A stretch of DNA of 7,233 bases, from contig JADGIF010000522.1 of assembly GCA_018985225.1 (NCBI GenBank), forward strand, positions 1 to 7,233, given 5' to 3'. The DNA comes from Amoeboradix gromovi X-113 (taxonomy: Eukaryota > Fungi > Sanchytriomycota). Position numbers and translations under genes: made by a program. Positions 1-7,233 of the stretch are shown here, in pieces (the stretch's first letter is position 1; each line of letters starts with the position of its first letter). The notes under the pieces are model-generated. The model ran no database searches, was not told the origin of the DNA, and saw only the letters and a list, made by a program, of their open reading frames with translations.

Positions 1-62
1 GCCAATCGAATTGGCTCAGCTCTACCCTTGATATTGAAATATGTTAACTTAATACTTGTCAT
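1..62 (-). CDS. Glutathione S-transferase (sigma-like), N-terminal part; gene continues beyond the left edge
   Basis: Manual translation from ATG at 62-60 gives MTSIKLTYFNIKGRAEPIRL, matching the cytosolic GST N-terminal signature (KLTYFN..GRAEPIRL with catalytic Tyr). Too short for the ORF track. Confidence 0.88.
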   Translation of the reverse strand, partial: MTSIKLTYFNIKGRAEPIRL

Positions 63-652
63 TGTGTTTGATCCTGTCAATCAAAAGATGACAATTCAAT
101 TTTCAAACAAATTTCTCAATTAGATACACTTGTTCCGATTGAAATGTCCGACGCTTTCTCAATGATGCACTACGCAAGTTGTTACTACCAGTTTCTCTGC
201 TTTTGTTCTAAATTTAGGAATATGTTAAATGAACACTTTTAAGTCATACATTTTTATTGAAAAATCATATCACATATATACAAGAATTCTATGGCTTGAA
301 CAGACACTGTATCAAGAATTTCCAATTATAAAAAACTCGATAGCCTTCCTTCTGATCTTCAGCAAGATCCTTCAAGCCCTCAAATCAAGGATTGCTTAAT
401 GTGAAGAAATCGCTAACATATGCAGAATGTTTTCTCCCTCAAGACCTATTCCATGTCTCGATGCCCCATAATATGCACTCTTGTGCCATTTAAACACACT
501 TCGGAATTGCTTGGCGTCTACATATTCCTCCAGAGATATCATCGTATATACCAGAGCCTCATCCAGCAACAAAAAGATTCTCTTTAAAGACTAATTTATG
601 TTAGCAAAATTGATTTGAAAATTTTCTGCAGCAAAAAGTAAAATAAAATTGC

Positions 653-658
653 TTTATT
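653..658 (-). promoter_or_regulatory. Candidate polyadenylation signal AATAAA of the UTP10-like gene
   Basis: AATAAA on the minus strand 15 nt after the TGA at 676-674. The hexamer is common in AT-rich DNA. Confidence 0.35.
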
Positions 659-673
659 GGATAACCTTGCACT

Positions 674-2034
674 TCACTTTAACATGTCCATCACGTTTGC
701 ATGAGTTGCTCCTTCAATTGCTGGAATCAGCTCATCCACACAGTATGCTTGGTGATAGTCCATTGCCTCGGCTATGCTTGGCAGTACTTCTGATAGTATC
801 TCATTATAATTTGCTCCCATAACCACTGTCATTTCTCTCAATATCTGCAAACCGCGTATATCCTGGCAGAAGTCATTTAATCGTGGCAAAATATATGTCC
901 ATGATTGCTTGCATGCCATAAGCATATATCCAAAGAATGCACCCTGCTCTGTCACGCTATCTATCTCGAATCCTCTCTTGCAAATCTCCCTTAGTTCTTG
1001 AACGTCAAGATATGAATTATCGGTATGGTGCACAATCATCCCGAATAGCTCCATTAGTCCACTGCAGTTTAATTCTAGTATTACAGGCTTCATCAATTGG
1101 GCATAGGGACTAAACAGCTGCTTCATATAACTACAAAACTCTTGCAGCAAAATTATCAAATGTGCGTTGTTTGCTAACAAGCCCAGTATCTGCATAAATA
1201 TAGGCTTAAACAATGCGTCATTTAGTTTCAAACAGAATCCAACATATGCAGAGTAAATTGACCTCAAAACACCAAGTCCGTCGTTGGCGCTAATATTAAC
1301 CATAACATATACAAAGAGATCATTAGCTGCCCATGATACACTATAAATTCCTGTTTATCCATGCTGTTAATCATGCTGTATATCATACTGAAGATTGTTT
1401 TCAATCCGGTAGACGGCATTTTGACCAAGTCCTCTTTTATTTTTAACAGCGCTTGTATGTGCAATCTAGGATGCAGTGCAATCAGATCCTGATTATTGTA
1501 TTCGTGTATAAATGGCAGCAGTCTCAACCACAGCATGCTTAACTTACTCCCAATAAAATGGCTGTGTTTGAACATTGTCATAATCAATTGCATGAATCTC
1601 TGTTTTATTTCATTCACCACTGTGATGTTGTTTATGAGATCCATGACTACAGGGATTGACAAAATATCATGATTTACCAAAATTGTTGTCAGATGCAGTA
1701 TTTTACGAGTACATGTAGTGGACATTGTGTTCAATCTGTTGTTCTGTTTGTTCATCAGCGGCAGTATTGTATTTAGCACTTTTGAGTCGAAGTCGCTAGC
1801 ATATGCACTGGCAATCATCATGTTCAGTAGCATTTCATCATTAGTGCATTTGCATAGATAGTCCAGGTACATGCCATCTCCCTGTTTAATTCTGTTGAGT
1901 ATGCATGGCAATACCCTGTTGTATTGTATGAACATTCGTAATAAACAACTACTCATTGACTGACACAGCAATTCAAATGATTCATTAATACTCATAAGTG
2001 GCACTACTAACTCATATTCCTGTACGTCAAGCAT
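674..2034 (-). CDS. UTP10: UTP10/HEATR1 (U3 snoRNA-associated protein 10), C-terminal portion with BP28CT domain; join(2034..1313,1289..674), 445 aa, apparently 5'-truncated
   Basis: FCLKLNDALFKPIF and MKQLFSPYA resemble BP28CT motifs (KLSE..FRPLF; LK.LF.PY). The C-terminal ILSEVLPSIAEAMD...IPAIEGATHANVMDMLK resembles the HEATR1 tail (LLPE.IPFLAELMED...LE..LGE.L..Y). Removing a 23-nt GT-AG intron joins the two ORF-track ORFs in frame (..QLMISF-ANDGLGV..). Confidence 0.8.
1290..1312 (-). other. 23-nt spliceosomal intron in UTP10
   Basis: Minus strand GTATATGTTATGGTTAATATTAG. Its removal gives TT+C (Phe) and restores a single frame across ORFs 1264-2034 and 674-1303. Confidence 0.8.
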
Positions 2035-2624
2035 GTTGTCTGTTGTTTGAAAGAGGCTGAGATCCCTGTATTTATTTCATTGTTGTCCTCAGCTTCTGTC
2101 TTTCCAAGAAATCTGGTTTATTTTTGAACTTAGTTTGGACACGAAGTATCAATCAATATCTAGAAATTTTTAGAGAAATTGCTGTAGGAACTAGATAGAA
2201 GAATCAAGTTTAAACGACTCATAGAAAAACAATCAAAGTTTGAACTTGCACAGGACTGCCATGCCGAGTTGTTTTTCTAAGCACGCTAGCGTTCTACAAT
2301 TCCGAAAACCTTATCAGGCTGTTAATAGAAGATTACCGCCGGGCGACCTAAACATCGCGGAATTCAGTTCAGTAATACTAAATACGGTAGCGTTGAGTAT
2401 TTTTAACATTGAATCATCTTTAAAACTAAATAATAGCTTATTAATTTCTGTACGGATAATGCTTCTATTCAGGCATTCAGGGGGTCCATTAGCTCTACCA
2501 GATGAAGTTACTAATGGATTAACGACTTTTAATTATGGCTTATTGAACTAGTTGTACTATTTTTACATTTGAAATAGAACAAATCTTTAAGTTGTATTAT
2601 CTCAAATGATATTGGAATAATTAC

Positions 2625-2648
2625 TCTAGTTTTTATATTTGGTGTCCC
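2625..2648. repeat. Dispersed ~25-bp motif, copy A (TCTAGTTTTTATATTTGGTGTCCC)
   Basis: Exact 24/24 reverse complement of 6824-6847. Looser similarity continues to a second GTCCC ending at 2668. Confidence 0.92.
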
Positions 2649-2677
2649 TATTCTTTGGAGTTTGTCCCAAAAAGAGG

Positions 2678-3991
2678 ATGATACAAAATGATTTAAAAAT
2701 TATTTTGGTTAGCATCGTTTTCTTTGGCATTAGTCTAGTTTGGACACTAGAGTTATCATTTGGCACTCCGTTTTTATTGGCTCTTGGTTGGCATAAATCG
2801 AGCACTTCTTTTATATGGCTGGCTGGTCCAATAAGTGGATTAATTTCTCAACCTTTAATTGGAAGTTACTCAGACCAACACAGCACTAGGTATGGAAGAC
2901 GCCGTCCTTTTATGGTGGCTACCTGCATGGTAACACTATTTTCTTTGTTTCTAATTTATCAGGAATCTACAGTATTTGTTGCTTTGGGGTTTTATCTCTT
3001 AGATTTTAGTGTAAATGGTTTACAAGCTATTTCTAGAGCGTTCGTTATAGATGTAGTTGATAAAGATAACCATGATAAAGTCACTGCATGGAGTTCTATT
3101 TTTGCTGGTGTCGGTACCATTGTGGGTAATTTTCTTGGTTATATGCGCGACTATGGTACCAGCAAAGACGCGCCTATACGCAGAATGAAGGATCTAATAC
3201 TCATCAGCTCAGCAATTCTTTTGTTTACAACTTTAATAAGTTGTGTAGTTGGTAAGGAAATCGTAAGGTATCGTTACGTACCGAAGGGAATTGGCGCTAT
3301 ATTTCGCAAGCTGATACAGGGCATATTTCACCTACCTTCAGAGATGCAGACATTGTGCACTGTGCAATTTATGACCTGGATGGGCTTTTTTCCTTTTCTT
3401 TTCTATTCTTCCACTTGGATTGCCCAATATGTAGCTCATTCAAAGACCCCCTTTGACACTGAAATGGCGGAAGAAGCTGCTGAAATGGGTTCTTACGGCA
3501 CTTTATGGTTTAGTAGCATAACGTTTTTATTTTCTTTTTTGCTTCCATTGTTCTCAAAGTTCGTAGACAAAAGGCAATTGTATACGCTTTGTCTATACCT
3601 GTTTTGCTGTTTAATGACTTCCACTTTTGCGGTAACAAATGCATACCAAGCAATTGCAATAACAGCTACAGCTGGAATAACATGGGCGTGTTTATCGTGG
3701 ATACCATACTTAATAATTGCCGAATTTATAGCCAAGAATGAAGGGTTGATGACTATTGAAAGATCCCCATTAGATTCAGGACTGCTGTTTGGGATATTAA
3801 ATATATTTATAGTTTTACCTCAGTTTGTCATGCTGTTTATATCATCAATGATATTCTACATATTCGAGAATGTGGATGCTGAATTTAATGCAATGACTGA
3901 TTCCATAGGGTGGATTTTGAGATTAGGCGCTGGTTTTATACTGATTGCAACGTTCACATCACAAAAGCTCTGGATAAAAGTAGAGCGATGA
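2678..3991 (+). CDS. MFS/GPH-family sucrose/alpha-glucoside:H+ symporter (fungal Sut1, plant SUT/SUC, SLC45-like), 437 aa
   Basis: Family motifs WLAGPISGLISQPLIGSYSD, RYGRRRPF, LLDFSVN, QFMTWMGFFPFLFY and GILNIFIVLPQ, plus many hydrophobic segments. The first ATG is at 2678. The TTG start at 2639 in the ORF track lies inside repeat A and is unlikely in a eukaryote. Confidence 0.92.
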   Translation: MIQNDLKIILVSIVFFGISLVWTLELSFGTPFLLALGWHKSSTSFIWLAGPISGLISQPLIGSYSDQHSTRYGRRRPFMVATCMVTLFSLFLIYQESTVFVALGFYLLDFSVNGLQAISRAFVIDVVDKDNHDKVTAWSSIFAGVGTIVGNFLGYMRDYGTSKDAPIRRMKDLILISSAILLFTTLISCVVGKEIVRYRYVPKGIGAIFRKLIQGIFHLPSEMQTLCTVQFMTWMGFFPFLFYSSTWIAQYVAHSKTPFDTEMAEEAAEMGSYGTLWFSSITFLFSFLLPLFSKFVDKRQLYTLCLYLFCCLMTSTFAVTNAYQAIAITATAGITWACLSWIPYLIIAEFIAKNEGLMTIERSPLDSGLLFGILNIFIVLPQFVMLFISSMIFYIFENVDAEFNAMTDSIGWILRLGAGFILIATFTSQKLWIKVER

Positions 3992-4004
3992 TTATAATAG
4001 TAAA

Positions 4005-4408
4005 CCGATTTCTGTTCTATTATTCCTTGCGAAACCCAAAAGTTCATAGCAACTTGAAACACAGATTACAATCCTAAGTCAAGGAAGTGGAAGCGTGAGA
4101 AGCAATTGAGACAAATTTATGGGCTTTGTCACTTTATCTGCCCATTCCTTAATCTTCTAGGAAAGCAAGAATGCATATGGGTACTAGGATTAGCACAAAC
4201 TTACCAAAATTTATTTACAGCTCTGACAGGTGCTTCATTTCTCTTAGTTCTCGGAACATTGGCATCCAAAATTTCTCAAAGAACTTGTACGTTCTCGTTA
4301 AAAGTACTGATTTCCTACAAAATCGAGAATTTCCACGTAGAAACTAGCAATGCTAATAAATCTGTTACAGTGATTGCTCACGCTTTCACTACCCTGAGGC
4401 GGGATTGA
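4005..4408 (-). ncRNA. Putative Fanzor omegaRNA scaffold (3' boundary uncertain)
   Basis: Begins right after the Fanzor stop codon. Arms 4407-4356 and 4120-4069 form a long imperfect stem with G-U pairs on the minus strand. There are several internal hairpins and a GUUUC-GCAA-GGAAU GNRA hairpin at 4035-4022. TnpB/Fanzor omegaRNAs are known to derive from this position. Confidence 0.6.
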
Positions 4409-4723
4409 TTAAGGATGCATATACTTCATGTATATGTTCCTTGCTGCCATATGGTCTCTATCTATCTTCAAATGACAATTTGTACAGGTTTAGGTTTCTA
4501 AGTTGGTTTTCTTTAGAGTACCACACCTTGTACATGTCTGACTAGTAAATGACTCATTAAATTCGATTATAGTCTTTCCTCTTTGTTTGCACTTGAACTT
4601 CAAGCATTCCTTGAATGCGTAATGGGAAATTGTAGCCATGTTTCTTGCGACTTTGCTCTACAAGCTACTTAGCGTCTGGCTCGTATTGAACGAGGGTAAG
4701 TATATAAGATCATGTCTTTGTAT
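4409..4723 (-). pseudogene. Fanzor2 (IS607-TnpB-like RNA-guided endonuclease) C-terminal remnant with two in-frame stops
   Basis: Translation: IQRHDLIYLPSFNTSQTLSSL*SKVARNMATISHYAFKECLKFKCKQRGKTIIEFNESFTSQTCTRCGTLKKTNLET*TCTNCHLKIDRDHMAARNIYMKYMHP*. It contains the E..TS.TC..CG and C..C zinc ribbon, RuvC-III DRD..AARNI, SHY.FK..L..K, and the D.I.LP.F RuvC-II variant with Pro replacing the canonical Glu. Premature stops are at 4660-4658 (TAG) and 4492-4490 (TAA). Confidence 0.9.
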
Positions 4724-5003
4724 GCTGTACCTATTAGTTATTTCTTTAGATTTGATTTACCATTTGCGAAAAGGAAGAATATCGATTAAAGCTATTAGAA
4801 AAATCTGGAAAAGTCTTGAAATTATACAAAAATGCACACAAATTGGCGATAAATGATTTAATCAAGAAAACAATCGAGCTTTCGCTGCGAATAAATTTTC
4901 AGTCCAAAATGGTGCTACCAGATATTGTGAAGCTAATTTAGTTCTTGATAGAGCAGGATATTGCATAGAAAACTTACACTTTTCGGTTGAGTAATAGTCT
5001 CAT

Positions 5004-6794
5004 TTATTCCTCTTTTAATAATTTGACTTTCTGGTCTAGTAATTTGAATTCAATCTGCAACTCGTGTATGACTTTTTTCAATTGTTTCATCATTTCATTT
5101 CTTGCAGTGCTTTTATAAGCCCAATCCTGCCAGTTTTTTTTGTACAATATCGGAACCACTACTGTAAGTTTGTTAGTTTCCACAACTTCTTTTAAAGTAA
5201 CATAAATTGGTACGCGATATACAAAAGGCTTCGTTCTATAGAAATCGTTCATTTTCTCTTCCAGTTGCTGTATCTGTTCTGGAGCTGTGCCGTAGCTAAT
5301 TTGTATTTCGATTGGTTCACTTTGATTTGTGGATCTTCTGTAGTTTCTCAAGGGTTCCTTAGCTAGCGTGTAGTTTGCAACATAAGTTTGCTGGCCGTCC
5401 AATCTTTCAAATATTGTATAGTACAAACTCATTTCAAGTACCCTGTAATTAATATCTCTATAAACAATTATGTCTCCCTAAATAAGCATGATAATTACAG
5501 AATCATAAGGATGGATATTGAAGAGAAATACACAGTTTGTAAACAATTCTTTAGCTGACTCTGCAAATAGGAATGAAAGAGCAAGCATACTACTAAATAT
5601 AGGCAGGGAAGCTCTTAAGAAAGTATCATCAAAATACGCAGCAAGAAACACAATTGCAAAAATAAAAGAAAAGAAATTAAATATACTTTCTAGCTTGCTA
5701 ATGGATCCATTCATATCCCTTATATTGTCATTTAGCCTTCGTCGTTCTCTGTAAATCTGAATGATTGCTTCTTTGAATTCCTTTCCAGTCAATTCGTGCT
5801 TCTCATCGCCAGCAAATATCTGAAATGCCTCGACTGCCAACGCTTCTTCCTTAAAATGGGGTTTGAATTCATTAACAGACAAGTGTCTTCCCTTTGCCAA
5901 TCCCAGATATATCTCCTTAGCATGATCTACTGCCAATTTATCAAACAGGTTATCATAATTGTGAAATTCTATGTCTTCCTTTGTTTCTTTCAAGTGCAAT
6001 CTAGCCTCGCTTATAAACTTTTCAGCATGTATTTTCTTAACTAGAGTGTTCCTTAAATGCTCTATAACATCTACAGCCTTTTTACTAAAGATTATACGAT
6101 CTTTATAAGTTCTTTCCCTTAGGCGAGAGTAGAGCGTAATTATGAAAATCTTTTTAAGGAAAAGTAGTGCCATATAAAATATAAAGGCTTTAAATATACC
6201 AGAAACTACAAAAATGTATCTAGGAAGTGGGTTATCACCTGCTGTTCTTCGAAATGGTCCTGAAATACCCCACAACGCATCACAAACAACAGAGCAGCAA
6301 ACGGCACTACCTAATCTAACTGTACTCCTTTTTAAACCTTTAATGTACGTTAGCGTTTGTGCTAGTTTGCCAGCATTCGAGTCTGATAATTTTAGTATCT
6401 CAAATATAACAACTGGTATTATGGTACATATGCTGTACAACAATACAAAGCATCCCCATATAGAGCATAGCAGCACCGACCATCTTTGCATTTCCTGGCT
6501 TAGATATAAAGTGCCATTGTCATTAAATATAAAATCAGCGCTGTTCTTTTTTATATTTGTGCTATAATCAAATAAATTTGGCGTGCTCTGAAATGATATT
6601 GCTATCAGAAATGGAAATACAAACACAAGTCCAATACAAATTGCATACACAAAGTTTAGGAATATATTTGTTTTCTTAGATTGTTCATCGCTCAATAAGA
6701 ATTCATCTTCAAACATAGCTGTCACTCTGCTCAGCGTCTTTCTTAGCATCTTGTCATCCCTTACACTATTTTCACGATTCAGAGTATTCACCAT
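5004..6794 (-). CDS. MscS-family mechanosensitive ion channel (fungal Msy1/Msy2, plant MSL4-10 type); join(6794..5499,5477..5004), 589 aa
   Basis: N-terminal TM segments, a degenerate EF-hand-like AFQIFAGDEKHELTGKEF, IYRERRRL, and LSFLFAESAKELFTNCVFLFNIHPYDS|GD (the HPFDVGD motif, rebuilt by splicing). Exon 2 has VLEMSLYYTIFERLDG, NYRRS and NWQD. Confidence 0.92.
5478..5498 (-). other. 21-nt spliceosomal intron in the MscS gene
   Basis: Minus strand GTAATTATCATGCTTATTTAG, phase 0, with the terminal TAG as an in-frame stop. Its removal yields HPYDS-GDIIVY, the conserved MscS motif. Confidence 0.88.
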
Positions 6795-6822
6795 ATGAAA
6801 CTAAGGGACCGATTCAATGAAT

Positions 6823-6848
6823 TGGGACACCAAATATAAAAACTAGAC
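6823..6848. repeat. Dispersed motif, copy B (TGGGACACCAAATATAAAAACTAGAC)
   Basis: Inverted relative to A (24/24) and C (25/26). An extra GGGAC lies at 6805-6809. Confidence 0.92.
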
Positions 6849-7092
6849 CAAGTCGTTTTTAAAGGAAGTGCTACATAAGAAGGAAATATTATTATGAATA
6901 AAAGTCCTTTCAAACCAATTTTCTTTCATTAATGTCATTTCACTCTTTAAAATAAACAAGATGACCCGCTACCTCTTTCAAATAGTAAAGGTCTTTAACT
7001 GTCTAAGAAAAAGGTGCAACCAGTCAAATTGATTTAATTTACTATCGGTTGATACACACTTGAGATAATGATTCAAACTGTATTAGAAAGAA

Positions 7093-7119
7093 TGTCTAGT
7101 TTTTATATTTGATGTCCCA
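7093..7119. repeat. Dispersed motif, copy C (TGTCTAGTTTTTATATTTGATGTCCCA)
   Basis: Same orientation as A, inverted relative to B and D. Confidence 0.92.
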
Positions 7120-7147
7120 TCTGTTAACAAATAATTTAGAAAACATG

Positions 7148-7174
7148 TGGGACATCAAATATAAAAACTGGACA
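7148..7174. repeat. Dispersed motif, copy D (TGGGACATCAAATATAAAAACTGGACA)
   Basis: 26/27 inverted match to C with a 28-nt spacer. Confidence 0.92.
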
Positions 7175-7233
7175 ACTTTTTGTAACAACTTGGAAGATTA
7201 TTTCAGCTTTATTAATTTTATGGATTCAAGAGG

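Larger units (their letters stand above)
4005..4756 (-). mobile_element. Degenerate right half of a Fanzor2/IS607-like element (nuclease 3' end plus non-coding right end); left end and transposase not seen
   Basis: Fanzor2 remnant plus structured downstream region inserted between two convergent host genes. Both boundaries are estimates. Confidence 0.6.

Noticed and set aside
1264-1303. Programmed frameshift or two separate genes at the UTP10 ORF overlap
   Set aside because: A canonical 23-nt intron explains the frame change more simply.
2222-2279. 11-bp inverted repeat TAGAAAAACAA / TTGTTTTTCTA with a 36-nt loop
   Set aside because: Short and low-complexity in AT-rich DNA; no snoRNA boxes or other support.
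2240-2551. 103-aa plus-strand ORF, with a ~72-codon antisense frame in the same register
   Set aside because: TTG start, no recognisable motif, and neither strand can be preferred. Left uncalled, although a decayed gene cannot be excluded.
3493-4062. Minus-strand ORFs 3493-3735 and 3856-4062
   Set aside because: Antisense shadows of the transporter gene.
4490-4660. TAA/TAG reassignment to Gln making the Fanzor frame intact
   Set aside because: The long host genes here have no in-frame TAA/TAG in their exons, and MscS ends in TAA. The TAA at 4492-4490 sits where an aromatic residue is expected (one change from TAY). The N-terminus is missing anyway.
4731-4760. 30-nt GT-AG intron-like segment (GTAAAT...ACTAATAG, minus) upstream of the Fanzor remnant
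   Set aside because: Splicing it joins an upstream frame with no Fanzor-like motifs and no start codon, so it does not rescue the gene.
4106-4856. Plus-strand ORFs 4106-4408 and 4638-4856
   Set aside because: No motifs; antisense to the omegaRNA candidate and Fanzor remnant, which explain the region better.
5518-6567. Plus-strand ORFs 5518-5754, 5796-6044 and 6214-6567
   Set aside because: Antisense shadows of the MscS gene.
6823-7174. CRISPR array interpretation of the ~25-bp repeats
   Set aside because: Copies alternate in orientation, spacing is irregular, no cas genes are present, and the context is eukaryotic.

Overview
AT-rich, gene-dense eukaryotic DNA in the standard genetic code, with very short (21 and 23 nt) GT-AG introns. 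This fits a compact-genome microbial eukaryote such as an early-diverging fungus or fungus-related parasite (inference only). In order it holds: the 5' end of a sigma-like glutathione S-transferase (minus, runs off the left edge); a C-terminal-only UTP10/HEATR1 gene (minus, one intron); a SUT1/SLC45-type sucrose/alpha-glucoside transporter (plus); and a fungal/plant-type MscS mechanosensitive channel (minus, one intron). Two things are missed by the ORF track. First, between the convergent transporter and channel genes lies a decayed Fanzor2 (IS607-TnpB-type) RNA-guided nuclease remnant (minus, 4723-4409), followed immediately by about 400 nt of strongly self-complementary sequence that is a good omegaRNA candidate. 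Second, a ~25-bp motif, GGGACAYCAAATATAAAAACTRGA(C), occurs four times in alternating orientation. Two identical inverted copies bracket the transporter-Fanzor-MscS block, and each ends exactly 29 nt before an ATG.
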